64,000 nt of DNA. Source: Planctomycetota bacterium. Lineage in GTDB: Bacteria; Planctomycetota; GCA-002687715; CAIWVZ01. Shown here in pieces: positions 10,668-20,684 of this stretch (its first letter is position 1; each line of letters opens with the position of its first letter). Under the pieces are notes generated by a model that was given only the letters and a program-made list of their open reading frames with translations, was not told the origin of the DNA and made no database searches. Where the stretch lies: assembly GCA_044222185.1 (NCBI GenBank), contig JBGANV010000003.1, positions 768,001-832,000 on the forward strand, read 5' to 3'. The position numbers and the translations under genes were made by a program.

Positions 10668-11757
10668 TCACAACGTGAGGCTCTCCAGGTTCGTCGACGC
10701 GAGAACCTGGAGCGTCGCCGGGTCGTAGAACGCGGTCACACCGAAGACTCCCTGGCCGATCAACGCGGGCGGGATCGCGCCCGCAGGGAACGTGAACTGC
10801 GAAGCACCCCCGCCGTCGAGCGACCCGACGAATGGCGGTGCTTGTGACGCGAATTGCGACAGCAGCTCGGTGTAGGTCACGTGGAGCCCGAGCCAGAATG
10901 CGTTCGTGCTCGCGGCGGGGCCGGAATTCGCGGGGTCGAGGCTTATCGCCGTGAAGTACGCCTCGCCGGCTGCCCCGCCGACGTTCCGAAGCACGATCAC
11001 CGAACCGCCGGACGGACGTTCGAACCAAAGCGCCGGCCGCCTGACGGTCAGTGCGAACGGAGCGCTCGTCGTGGTGCCGCAACCGTTCGCGACCGTCACG
11101 GTGTAATTTCCCTCGTCGGCGAACGAGAACGACGGGATGGCAAGCGTCGGCGAGGTCCCGCTCCCCACGATCGCACCGCCGCGTCGCCAGACGTACGACA
11201 TGGGTGGCGCGCCCCGCCCAGCGAGGGAAACGACCCACCGGCGTAAAGGTGCGTCCCTGCCGCCGTCGTGTGCGTTGCGAGACACGTCACGACGGCGTTC
11301 GAGTATCCCGACCACGGGAGGGAACCGACGGGAGAGAAGGCCGTGCCGTTCGAGCGCGCGATGCCGTTGCATGCGACTCCGCCAGCCAACGTGAATTCAC
11401 CACCGACGTAGAGGGCGCCGGGCCGTAGACCGGGTCCGCGTACGACCGCAGGGCGAAAACCGGCGCGCTGAACGGGCCAGAACTCACGCCGCCCCCGGTT
11501 CCCTCCCAGGCCGTTCCATCGAACATCGCGATGTTGTTGAAGACCTGCCCACTGGCGGTCGGGGAATTCCCGGCGGCCCAGAGTCGGGGTCCCTGCCCCG
11601 CGTCATGGGCTGCGATCGTGTAGACGTCGGCAAATCCGCCGGCCTGCACCGGAAACCCGAACCCGCCGACGAACGATGGATCGCAGCCTGACTGGGCCAT
11701 CAGGCGCGGACACACGATCAGACATGCCCGTGCGATCACCTTCATGGGTTGAGCCAT
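10668..11757 (-). pseudogene. Disrupted secreted beta-propeller + Ig + C-terminal domain protein (two frameshifts, probable internal deletion)
   Basis: ATG 11757 with GAGGAG RBS. Frame 1 reads ...DPVYGPA, shifts near 11415 to ALYVGGEFTLAGGVACNGIAR...LYAGGSFPSLGG, then shifts near 11215 to GAPPMSYVWRRGG...DEGNYTVTVANGCG (Ig domain) and runs to the stop at 10668. Confidence 0.75.
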
Positions 11758-12062
11758 GGAATCCGACTCCTCGTGGCCGTCGGGCAATGCACCGGCTGTT
11801 CCCGCGCGCGGAGATGCCCCACGTTCTTGCGAGGAAAACCCGCGGCAACGCGTCGTGGGCGGCGCCGGACACCTCGGGAGTTCCGGTCACCTCACGGTGA
11901 CGGGCGAGACCGCGTCGCCCGCTCAGGTTGGGGACCAGATCGCTCGGACTACGCCCCCTTGCGCATGGGCGCGACCGCTTCAAACCGCGCCGCGCTCCAT
12001 ACAATCCCGTGATTCAATTCCCCCGGTGCCGCACCAAGCGCGCCACCCCCGAACTCACCACC

Positions 12063-13826
12063 ATGAATTTGATTGCATCCACGTCCGCTCGCGCGGCTGC
12101 GTTCGCCATCGCCGTTGCGTGCGCCGTCGCCGCACACGCACAGACCTACGACTACACGCTCACCGCCATGCCCACGACGGTCACCGTGCAGCCGGGTTCG
12201 ACCGTCACCACGTGGACCTTCAACGGCAGCATGCCCGGCCCCGTCATCCGAGGCACCGCGGGTCAGCCGCTGCGGATCCGTTACGTGAACCAGACGACCG
12301 ACCCGTCGATCGTCCACTTCCACGGCCTCGAGGTTCCCGTCGGCATGGACGGCGTGATCGGCCTGTCCAGGCCCGCCGTCGCCCCGGGCGAGGAGTTCAT
12401 CTACGAGATCACTCCACCCGATGCGGGCACGTACTGGTATCACCCGCACGTCGAGGACCAGATGGACCTGGGCCTGTACGGCGTCATGATCGTCGATCCG
12501 GCGAACCCCGCCGACGATCCTCCCTTCAACCAGGAGCAGACGATCATCCTCGACGACTCCATCAACCTGGGGCTCGGGGTGAGCAAGCCGGGTCTGGGGA
12601 CGTTCAGCGGGTACTTCATCAATGGCAAGACGAGCACGGGCCAGACTCCGATCGCCGTGCAGAACGGCCAGACGCTCCGGTTGCGAATCCTGAACGCGTC
12701 CTCGCGGTCGAGTTACGTCGTCGCCCTCGACGGGCATCCGCTCCTCGTGACGCACGCAGATGGTCACCGGATCACGCCGATCTCGTTCGACGCGCTTCCC
12801 ATCGGACCCGGGGAGCGGTGGGACGCCTACGTCACCCTCAACAACCCTGGAACGTGGAGCCTCGCCGTCGCGCCGCTGGCCAATCGCAACACCGTGCTCG
12901 TGAGGACGGCCATCCAATACGCCGGGCAGTCCGGTGCGATGCCGTCAGCAAGCTACGTTCCGCCGAACCTCTCGACGGGCACGATCCTCACCTACGCTGC
13001 GCTCTCGTCCCTGAACCCGGTCACACCGATCAGCGCAACTCCCCAGCACACGTTCCCGGCCGCACTCGGCATGATGATGGTCGGCTCGACGATGATGTTC
13101 ACGATCAACGGGCAGGTGTTTCCCAACGTCACCCCGATGGTGGTTTCAGCGGGCGACATCTCCCAGATCGACTTCGTGAACACGATGTCGTCGATGGGCG
13201 CGTCGGTGGCCCACCCGATGCACATGCACGGTCACACGTTCCGCATGATGGGAACGGCGGGTGGCACGACGAATCCACCCCTCAAGGACACGGTGCTCGT
13301 GCGATCCATCAACCAGTCGCCGAACGCCGTTTCCGTCCAGTTCACGGCGAACAACCCGGGTCGGTGGCTCATGCACTGCCACGACTCGCTCCACATGATG
13401 ATGGGGATGGTCACCCTGCTCGACTACACGGGCGACGCGGATGGCGACACCATCCCCAACCCCGTCGACATGGACCCGCTCAGCGCCTACCCGACACTCA
13501 CGGTTCCGGACGTGGCCTCGGCGTTCCAGATCGGTGGCAGCGGCGCCATCTCGGTCACGTGGGTGCCGTGGAGCAACGTCGACTTCTTCATCGGCGATGA
13601 GCTGGCGACGCCGGTGAGCTTCGGCAACTACGGCCTGCTGCGCATCTGGCCGCTCGCCTACGTCACGTCCGCGTCGACGGGCGGGAGCGGGGTGGCGAAC
13701 GTGCCGTACGTGCTGCCGAACGATCCGCTCCTCGTGGGCGCGCGCGTGGGACTCCAGGCCGCGGCGACGACGTCGCTCGCGCCGGGGTATCGCGCCTCCA
13801 CCTGGCAGCCGTTCACGATCCGGTAG
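12063..13826 (+). CDS. Secreted three-domain multicopper oxidase with C-terminal extension
   Basis: Cu ligands HFHG, YWYHPH, HPMHMHGH, HCHDSLHMMMGM; Sec-type signal ending AHAQ; TACAAT at ~12000 upstream. Confidence 0.95.
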   Translation: MNLIASTSARAAAFAIAVACAVAAHAQTYDYTLTAMPTTVTVQPGSTVTTWTFNGSMPGPVIRGTAGQPLRIRYVNQTTDPSIVHFHGLEVPVGMDGVIGLSRPAVAPGEEFIYEITPPDAGTYWYHPHVEDQMDLGLYGVMIVDPANPADDPPFNQEQTIILDDSINLGLGVSKPGLGTFSGYFINGKTSTGQTPIAVQNGQTLRLRILNASSRSSYVVALDGHPLLVTHADGHRITPISFDALPIGPGERWDAYVTLNNPGTWSLAVAPLANRNTVLVRTAIQYAGQSGAMPSASYVPPNLSTGTILTYAALSSLNPVTPISATPQHTFPAALGMMMVGSTMMFTINGQVFPNVTPMVVSAGDISQIDFVNTMSSMGASVAHPMHMHGHTFRMMGTAGGTTNPPLKDTVLVRSINQSPNAVSVQFTANNPGRWLMHCHDSLHMMMGMVTLLDYTGDADGDTIPNPVDMDPLSAYPTLTVPDVASAFQIGGSGAISVTWVPWSNVDFFIGDELATPVSFGNYGLLRIWPLAYVTSASTGGSGVANVPYVLPNDPLLVGARVGLQAAATTSLAPGYRASTWQPFTIR

Positions 13827-13834
13827 CTGCCGCG

Positions 13835-13866
13835 CCCGGTCCCGCGTCGGCACGACGGGGACCGGG
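13835..13866. terminator. GC-rich hairpin between convergent genes
   Basis: CCCGGTCCC-g-CGTCG-gca-CGACG-GGGACCGGG between the MCO and fbaB stop codons; no U-tract. Confidence 0.55.
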
Positions 13867-13881
13867 TCCGCCGCACCGCAC

Positions 13882-14934
13882 TCAGGCGACGGTGACCTCC
13901 TTGCAGAGGTAGACGTCCTGGATCGCGTTCAGGAGCTGCACGCCGGTCTTCAGCGGCTTCTGGAACGCCTTGCGGCCCGAGATGAGGCCCATGCCGCCGG
14001 CGCGCTTGTTCACGACGGCCGTCTTCACCGCGTCGAACATGTCGTTGTCACCGGATGCACCACCGGAGTTGATCAGGCCCGCGCGGCCCATGTAGCAGTT
14101 CGCCACCTGGTAACGGGTCAGGTCGATTGGGTGCGGCGAGGTCAGGTCCGAGTAGACCTTCTTGTGCGTCTTGCCGAAGTTCAGCGCGTTGTATCCGCCG
14201 TTGTTCTCCGGCGCCTTCTGCTTGATGATGTCCGCCTCGATCGTCACGCCGAGGTGATTCGCCTGTCCCGTGAGGTCGGCAGAGACGTGGTAGTCCACCC
14301 CGTCCTTCTTGAAGGCGCCGTTGCGCAGGTAGCACCACAACACGGTCGCGAGGCCGAGCTCGTGCGCATGGTGGAATGCAGCCGACACCTCCTGGATCTG
14401 CCGCGCGCTCTCGTCAGAGCCGAAGTAGATCGTGGCGCCGACGGCAACCGCGCCCATGTCGAACGCCTGCTGGACGTTCGCGAACATGAGCTGGTCGAAC
14501 TTGTTGGGATAGCTCAAGAACTCGTTGTGGTTGAGCTTCACGAGGAACGGGATCCTGTGCGCGTACTTCCGCGCGACCGACCCGAGCACGCCGAGCGTCG
14601 ACGCAACCGCGTTGCACCCTCCCTCGATCGCGAGCTTGACGATGTTCTCGGGATCGAAGTACTCCGGCGCTGGCGCGAACGACGCGCCGGCCGAGTGCTC
14701 GATTCCCTGGTCGACCGGGAGGATCGAGAGGTACCCCGTGCCGCGCAGGCGTCCCGAATCCATGATCCACTGGAGATTCCGCAGCACGTTCGGGCTGCGA
14801 TTCGAGCCCACGAAGATCCTGTCGACGAAGTCCGGGCCCGGGAGATGAAGCGCCGACTTCGCAATCGTGGTGCACTTGTGTTCGAGGAGGCCTTTCGCCT
14901 CCGGGCCGAGGACGTCGAGGATCTGCTGAAGCAT
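13882..14934 (-). CDS. fbaB: Class I fructose-bisphosphate aldolase (DhnA/FbaB)
   Basis: 350 aa from ATG 14934; [44 protein letters not shown]. Confidence 0.97.
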   Translation of the reverse strand: MLQQILDVLGPEAKGLLEHKCTTIAKSALHLPGPDFVDRIFVGSNRSPNVLRNLQWIMDSGRLRGTGYLSILPVDQGIEHSAGASFAPAPEYFDPENIVKLAIEGGCNAVASTLGVLGSVARKYAHRIPFLVKLNHNEFLSYPNKFDQLMFANVQQAFDMGAVAVGATIYFGSDESARQIQEVSAAFHHAHELGLATVLWCYLRNGAFKKDGVDYHVSADLTGQANHLGVTIEADIIKQKAPENNGGYNALNFGKTHKKVYSDLTSPHPIDLTRYQVANCYMGRAGLINSGGASGDNDMFDAVKTAVVNKRAGGMGLISGRKAFQKPLKTGVQLLNAIQDVYLCKEVTVA

Positions 14935-14969
14935 GCTGATGGTTCCGTGACTCGTGGGTTGGCGGAAAA

Positions 14970-16205
14970 TCACTCCGGCTTCGCGCGGTGCGCGTGCCCG
15001 GATTCGAACTTCTGGAGCTGTGCGTCCGCGTAGTCGATGACGTGGCGGACGTACGCGCGTTTCTCCAGGTAGCTCCCCGGGTAGAACGACCGCTTGAAGC
15101 CGTAGATGAGCGAATCGCGCACTTCGGCCGGACTGAGCCCGAACGCGTCGAAGGCGCGGAGGATCTCGCGGCTGACGGACGTCCGCGAGACGAGACGGTT
15201 GTCGGTGCAGAACGTCGTCGAGAGGCGGCGCCGCCGCATCTCGGCGAACGGGTGCTTGCGGAGGTCATCCGCCAGCTCGGGCACCGTTTGCTGGTTGCTC
15301 GTGAGGCAGACCTCGATCGTGATTCGGCGGTCCGCGATGTACTGCGCGAGGCGGCTCACGTAGGCCTCCTTGTCACGAACCGAGTCGCCGACCTTGTCGA
15401 CGTCGAAGAGCCACGTCCCATGACCGATGCGATCGGCGTGGCAGTCCCCGATGGCCTGGAAGATGGACTCCGGGCCGTAGTCCTCGCCTGCATGCACGGT
15501 CTTGCCGAGGAACGACTCGTGCGCCACCTGATAAGCGTCGCGGTGGAGGTTCGCGGGATAGCCCTTCTCCTGCCCGGCCAGATCGAAACCGACGATCGGC
15601 AGGCCGCTCTCCCACCTCAACCGACTGCCCGCGCGGGCCAGCTCCAGGCTCGCGTAACGGAACACGTCCTCCGGCGGAGAGTAGCGGTGCACCTGGCAGA
15701 GGCGTCGATACTCGTCCGAGAACTCGTCGGAGAAGAACCGCAACGCGCAGAAGATGATCCCGGCGTGGAAGGCCGGGCGCTGCATCTGTTTCACCTCGGG
15801 ATGGGCGTTGTGCTCGCGCTCGGCTCGCTGAAGTCCCTTGGCGACGGCCTCCGCGACCTGGACGATCGACATCCGGCTCGAGACATGAAGCTGCGGCGCG
15901 AAACGCACTTCGATGTAGACGACGCCCTCCTGTTGGCAGTCGATCGCGAGTTCATAGGCGACCCGTTCGAGGGCTTCGGGTGTCTGGAGTACGGCGCAGG
16001 TGTATCGGAACCCGAGCAGATACTCACCCAGGTTCGCGTAACGGGACTTGAACACCGTCTCGGTGAGCCCGGCCTCCGTGTAGGACGGCAGCGTCACACC
16101 TTGTTCGCGCGCCAGCTCCACGAGCGTGCCCAGTCTCAGGGATCCGTCGAGGTGAAGATGGAGGTCCGTCTTTGGGAGCGCACGGACGAGCGCTTCGAGA
16201 CTCAT
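14970..16205 (-). CDS. add: Adenosine deaminase family protein
   Basis: [49 protein letters not shown]. Confidence 0.9.
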   Translation of the reverse strand: MSLEALVRALPKTDLHLHLDGSLRLGTLVELAREQGVTLPSYTEAGLTETVFKSRYANLGEYLLGFRYTCAVLQTPEALERVAYELAIDCQQEGVVYIEVRFAPQLHVSSRMSIVQVAEAVAKGLQRAEREHNAHPEVKQMQRPAFHAGIIFCALRFFSDEFSDEYRRLCQVHRYSPPEDVFRYASLELARAGSRLRWESGLPIVGFDLAGQEKGYPANLHRDAYQVAHESFLGKTVHAGEDYGPESIFQAIGDCHADRIGHGTWLFDVDKVGDSVRDKEAYVSRLAQYIADRRITIEVCLTSNQQTVPELADDLRKHPFAEMRRRRLSTTFCTDNRLVSRTSVSREILRAFDAFGLSPAEVRDSLIYGFKRSFYPGSYLEKRAYVRHVIDYADAQLQKFESGHAHRAKPE

Positions 16206-16389
16206 CGACTCCGTTCCTGGCATGCGGACATGGTGAATGAAACTCCAATCCTTGCAACGCCGGCAGCGGTTTTCGGCACGTGACGAGAGCTTTGCCGCGG
16301 CCGCACTTTTTGGCCGGGCGAAGGGGCGTCTGGTACCATCGCACGACTTCTCCCCGGATCGATCGTCCACCCTCCTTCAAGACACAACG

Positions 16390-17319
16390 ATGCGAATCAT
16401 TACCGCGACCTGCCTCGCGTTCCTGACGGCTTTGACGCCCGCACAAGCGGGGCTGCGCGTCAACGAGATATCCACCGGGACCACCGACTGGCTCGAGCTC
16501 GCCAACTTCGGCGGCGTGACGATCCACCTCGGCGGCTACAAGGTCTTCTGCGGCGGCAACCAGAGCGGTGCCTTCCAGTTCGGCCAGTTCATCATCCCCG
16601 CGAACGTGAACATCGCGCCGAACCAGCTGATCGTCATCACGGATGACGCGACCCTCGCCTCGCCGACCGTGCCGTCGGGCGGCCTGAAGCTCTACTCCGG
16701 CTTCGACATCATCTGGTCGAACGTCCCGGGCGGGAACGGCAGTGGCCAATGCACGCTGACGGATGCCAACAGCCTCGGCGTCGATACGGTGCGTTGGGGC
16801 ACGCCACTCCAGGACCTGTCCCTCGGCGCCTCGTTTTCGGGGACCGTCTCCCTCGGGACGATCATGCGTCGGACGTCCAACGGCGACACGAACTCATCCA
16901 CGGATTGGTTTTCGACGAGCGCGTCCGGCGCGTCCGCCGGCGCTTTCAACCTGGGTCAGACGTTCGTGCCGGTGCTTCAACTGACGGGTACGACGACGGG
17001 GCTCGGGGACCTGAGCCTCACCGTGACGACGCTCACGCCGGCAGTCCCGAGTGGCGAGATCTTCAACTTCGTCTCGCTGGTCGACACGGTTCCGGACGGC
17101 TCGGGGCCGCTCTTCGGCGTGGATGCCTCGGCGCTGCAGCAGGCGCTGACTCCGCTCTCGCCAGCCAACCCGTTCCACACGCCGCTCGATGCCAACGGAC
17201 ACTGGAACATCTTCGCGCCCGTCGGCTCGCTCCCGCACCTTCACCTGGAGGTCGTGTCGATCCTGCTGGAAGGCGGGCTCATCACCCGCACGTCCGGGGT
17301 CGTCGCCCTCGACATCTGA
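16390..17319 (+). CDS. Secreted lamin-tail-domain protein
   Basis: Signal ending AQA; LRVNEI...DWLELAN...IHLGGY LTD signature; C-terminal beta domain. Confidence 0.8.
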   Translation: MRIITATCLAFLTALTPAQAGLRVNEISTGTTDWLELANFGGVTIHLGGYKVFCGGNQSGAFQFGQFIIPANVNIAPNQLIVITDDATLASPTVPSGGLKLYSGFDIIWSNVPGGNGSGQCTLTDANSLGVDTVRWGTPLQDLSLGASFSGTVSLGTIMRRTSNGDTNSSTDWFSTSASGASAGAFNLGQTFVPVLQLTGTTTGLGDLSLTVTTLTPAVPSGEIFNFVSLVDTVPDGSGPLFGVDASALQQALTPLSPANPFHTPLDANGHWNIFAPVGSLPHLHLEVVSILLEGGLITRTSGVVALDI

Positions 17320-17325
17320 TCCCCG

Positions 17326-17955
17326 TTGGACGAGCCGGCGCCTTCCCTTTCGCGCGCACGCCGTGAATTGGCGTGGATGATCGCGACGGGTGCGGGCCAC
17401 TTGGTCTTCGAGCCCCTCCTGCACCTGAAGGCCGCCTACTTCACCTGCGTGGGCGCCGCGTGGACCGTCTACGTCGTCCGATGCGTTCGTCGTGATCCGT
17501 CGACCCTATCCACCTGGGGATGGCGACGCTCCGGCCTGAAGCCCGCCACGTTCTGTGCGGCAGCCGTGCTGGTCGTCGGCGCGATCGCGGTGGGTCTTGC
17601 TGGGCACTCGCTCGGGCATCTGAGGTTCCCCGCCTCGATGTTGGTCCTCCTGCTCGCGTACCCGGTCTGGGGCTACGTGCAGCAATTCCTCCTGCAGGCC
17701 TTCGTTGCCCGAAACCTCGCGGCCCTGGGCGTGCGCCAGGGGTTCGTCGTCCCGCTCACGGCGCTGGGATTCGGTGTCGTCCACGCACCGGAGTGGCGGC
17801 TCGTGGGCGCCTGCGCGTTGCTCGGGCTCGTTTTCACGCCGATCTATCTCCGCTGGCGGAACCTGTGGCCCCTGGGCCTGGCGCATGCGTGGCTGGGAAC
17901 GCTGGCGTTCTACTGGCTCCTCGGTCGCGACCCCTGGGTCGAGTTCCGGAGCTGA
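17326..17955 (+). CDS. CPBP (CAAX/Abi) family membrane protein, degenerate catalytic motif
   Basis: Multi-TM; FGVVH and LAHAWLG motifs, RWRNLWP; QQFLLQ where the family has EExxxR. Confidence 0.75.
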   Translation: MDEPAPSLSRARRELAWMIATGAGHLVFEPLLHLKAAYFTCVGAAWTVYVVRCVRRDPSTLSTWGWRRSGLKPATFCAAAVLVVGAIAVGLAGHSLGHLRFPASMLVLLLAYPVWGYVQQFLLQAFVARNLAALGVRQGFVVPLTALGFGVVHAPEWRLVGACALLGLVFTPIYLRWRNLWPLGLAHAWLGTLAFYWLLGRDPWVEFRS

Positions 17956-18001
17956 CGGCGAGTTTCACGTTCCGGCGGCCCGGCACGTTATTCATCGCAC
18001 C

Positions 18002-20548
18002 ATGAACCGGTCAGCGACGATCGTCCTGTTCCTTTCTGCGTGCGCCCTGGGCCCGGCACAGACCGGCCCCGCCAGCAGCGACTGGTGCGCCACGGGCCTC
18101 GACTGCACTGCGTTCGCCGCCGTGGACGTCGACGGCGACGGGCGCGCCGACGTCCTCACCTTGAACGGAGGCGACCAGGTGTGCGTCGCGTTCTCCGTCG
18201 AAGGCTGGAAGGCTTCCGGGTGGGAGGTGATCTACGACGGTGCGCTCCACGGAGCGGCGGCCCTGGCCGCGCGACGGACCGCGGATGGAAAGGTCGAGAC
18301 GGCGCTCATCGACGGACAGACCTGCGAGGTCGCCTGGAACTGGGACGGGAAACGCCTCACGCAGAAGGCGCGCATCGCGGCGCCGGCCGGCCGCAAGTTC
18401 TCCGCGCTCGCCGCAACCGCTCGGGGCTTCCGCGTCATCGACGACGCCGGCGAGGCCTGGGTCGTGACCGCGCAGACGAACCTGAAGCTCGTCTCCGATG
18501 ACCAGGCGACGTCACAGCCCGACACGCGGCCCGCGCTCGCCCGCGTGACCGCGCCGCCCTACGAGCCGGACGCCGCGCAGCTCCTGACGTTCGGTGGCGA
18601 CGTGAACGGCGACGGCAAGCCGGACGCGCTCGGCGTGTTCACGCTGTCGCGTCCCTACGGGCTGCGCGTCGTCCGCGTCGCGATCACGCCGAACCCTGAA
18701 TCGGGTGACTCCGACGGCGACGGTCTGTCGGACGCCGACGAGGCGCGCCTCGGCACCGACCCGAACGATCGCGACACGGATGACGACGGCCTCCTCGACG
18801 GTTGGGAAGTGAACGGCCTCCCCCGCGGCACCCCGTGGCCCAAGGAGCAGGCGCCGGATCCGCGGCATCAAGACGTCCTCGTGGTCGTCTCGCGTTACGC
18901 CGAAGTCAGCGAGGAGGCCGCGACCCGCGAACTCACGCACGCCGCCAAGCTCTACGCCAAGCTGCCCAACGTGAACCCCGACGGGACGACCGGGATCCGC
19001 CTGCGATGGCGCCTCGATCCGGCCGTCGCCAAGGAGAAGCAGCACGGCGGATCGTGGTACGAGGTCGGCTGCGAGCAGTTCGCCGCGAAACAGCGCGGCA
19101 TCCTCCACTGGATGCAGCTGACGCCCGGAGGAGGCGGGCAGTCGCAGGAGCTCGGCGACATGGGCGGCAGCGGCATCAACTGGGCGTGCTTCGCCCACGA
19201 GCTCGGTCACCAACTCGGGCTCTCGCACACGGGCGACTCCGCGCCCGCGTGGTGCCCGCTCTACCCGTCGATCATGAACTACGCGTTCTCCTATTCGCTG
19301 AACGGCGACGCGGAGGCGATCGGGTTCTCGACGGGGCGCTTCACCGCAACGCGACTGGACGAGAAGAGCCTCAGCGAGCATCTGCCCTACCCCTATGCCG
19401 ACCTGCGATACCTCGCGGCGGGGCCCTTCCGCTTCACGCTGAAGGACGACGGAGCTGGCGGCACGCTCATCGACTGGAATCAGAACGGGCGCTTCGACGA
19501 CGGTCCCGTGACGGCGGACATCAACTACGGGAGCTCCACCTCCGCAGGGATCCGTCGCGCGATCGAGGTCTCCGGGTCGGCGCCGGCCCTCGCCTACGTC
19601 GGAAACACCTGTCGTGTCGTCTACTCGGCCCAGACGCATGCGCGCTCGTTCGTGCGCGACTACCTCGGAGACGAGAAGTGGACGGACGCGCGACCGATCC
19701 CCGAGTCCGCGACGCACGACGACCCGGTGCTCGCCGGCGGCTCGGCCGACGGGTTCGTGTTCTTGAAGCAGCTCACGGGGTGGAAGGTGGCGACGCTGAC
19801 CGAGAAGGACGTCTCGACGCCGGTCGGGCTCCCGGGGCTGCCGTCGTGCGCGCTCTCGGCACTGCGGATCGGCGAGCGAACGCTCCTCGTTTCCCGACAC
19901 GACGACGACCAGCTCGAAGCCCGGTGGCTCGACTGGAAGGACAAGAAGCCTCAGCTCTCCGCGCCACAACGGTTGGAAGCGCGCTCGCAGACGCCGGTCG
20001 GGCTCGGATTCAGCGTCGCCGACAAGCGTCTGGCACTCGTCACGTCCATGCCGAATTCACGCGGCGCGCAGATGTGCATGCGCGTGACGTGGTGCACGCT
20101 CGCGGGCGACAAGCTGGTCGAGGCCGAGACCCAGTGGACGCGCGGCGAGGCGAGCGGGAACAACTGCACGACCCGGCCCGTGGTCTCGTTCACGGACGAC
20201 GGGCGCATCGTGATCTTCCACACCGGCTGGCCGAGCCCGGACGGCCTGATGACGTCGTGGCGAACGACGCGCGTCGGCAACAAGGATCACGACGACGGCT
20301 GGCTCACGTGCATGATGTATGACGTGTGGACCGTCACGACGGTCGGCGTCGGTTTCGCGGCCGGCCCGCAGGGCGCGATCTTCGGCTTCCGCTGGGATTC
20401 GGGCGAACACGCGGGAATGAAGACCAACCACCTGCTCCTCGCCCACAACGGATTCGGCATCGACCCCGAGCCCATGCGAGACTTCGACGACGGGGCGAAG
20501 ATCTCGCGCTGGGGCATCCGACACTCGATCCTCACCATGTCGCGATAG
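18002..20548 (+). CDS. Secreted metzincin-type zinc metalloprotease with FG-GAP-like and Ca-binding repeats
   Basis: HELGHQLGLSH with SIMNY Met-turn; DVDGDGRAD, DVNGDGKPD, DSDGDGLSD, DTDDDGLLDGWE; signal peptide from ATG 18002. Confidence 0.8.
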   Translation: MNRSATIVLFLSACALGPAQTGPASSDWCATGLDCTAFAAVDVDGDGRADVLTLNGGDQVCVAFSVEGWKASGWEVIYDGALHGAAALAARRTADGKVETALIDGQTCEVAWNWDGKRLTQKARIAAPAGRKFSALAATARGFRVIDDAGEAWVVTAQTNLKLVSDDQATSQPDTRPALARVTAPPYEPDAAQLLTFGGDVNGDGKPDALGVFTLSRPYGLRVVRVAITPNPESGDSDGDGLSDADEARLGTDPNDRDTDDDGLLDGWEVNGLPRGTPWPKEQAPDPRHQDVLVVVSRYAEVSEEAATRELTHAAKLYAKLPNVNPDGTTGIRLRWRLDPAVAKEKQHGGSWYEVGCEQFAAKQRGILHWMQLTPGGGGQSQELGDMGGSGINWACFAHELGHQLGLSHTGDSAPAWCPLYPSIMNYAFSYSLNGDAEAIGFSTGRFTATRLDEKSLSEHLPYPYADLRYLAAGPFRFTLKDDGAGGTLIDWNQNGRFDDGPVTADINYGSSTSAGIRRAIEVSGSAPALAYVGNTCRVVYSAQTHARSFVRDYLGDEKWTDARPIPESATHDDPVLAGGSADGFVFLKQLTGWKVATLTEKDVSTPVGLPGLPSCALSALRIGERTLLVSRHDDDQLEARWLDWKDKKPQLSAPQRLEARSQTPVGLGFSVADKRLALVTSMPNSRGAQMCMRVTWCTLAGDKLVEAETQWTRGEASGNNCTTRPVVSFTDDGRIVIFHTGWPSPDGLMTSWRTTRVGNKDHDDGWLTCMMYDVWTVTTVGVGFAAGPQGAIFGFRWDSGEHAGMKTNHLLLAHNGFGIDPEPMRDFDDGAKISRWGIRHSILTMSR

Positions 20549-20684
20549 CCAGCGCGGGGCCAGCCGGATCGCGCGCGGGGCGAGCCGGCTCGACGAGACG
20601 GCCGCGGCGCGCCATCGCCAGACCTCGCGGCGAGCGCGGCCGCGCGGACGACGCGGTCGCTATGATTCCGGCTTCGAGACCCGC

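Noticed and set aside
10668-11757. Programmed frameshifting
   Set aside because: No slippery heptamer or long homopolymer at either junction; missing domain parts indicate decay.
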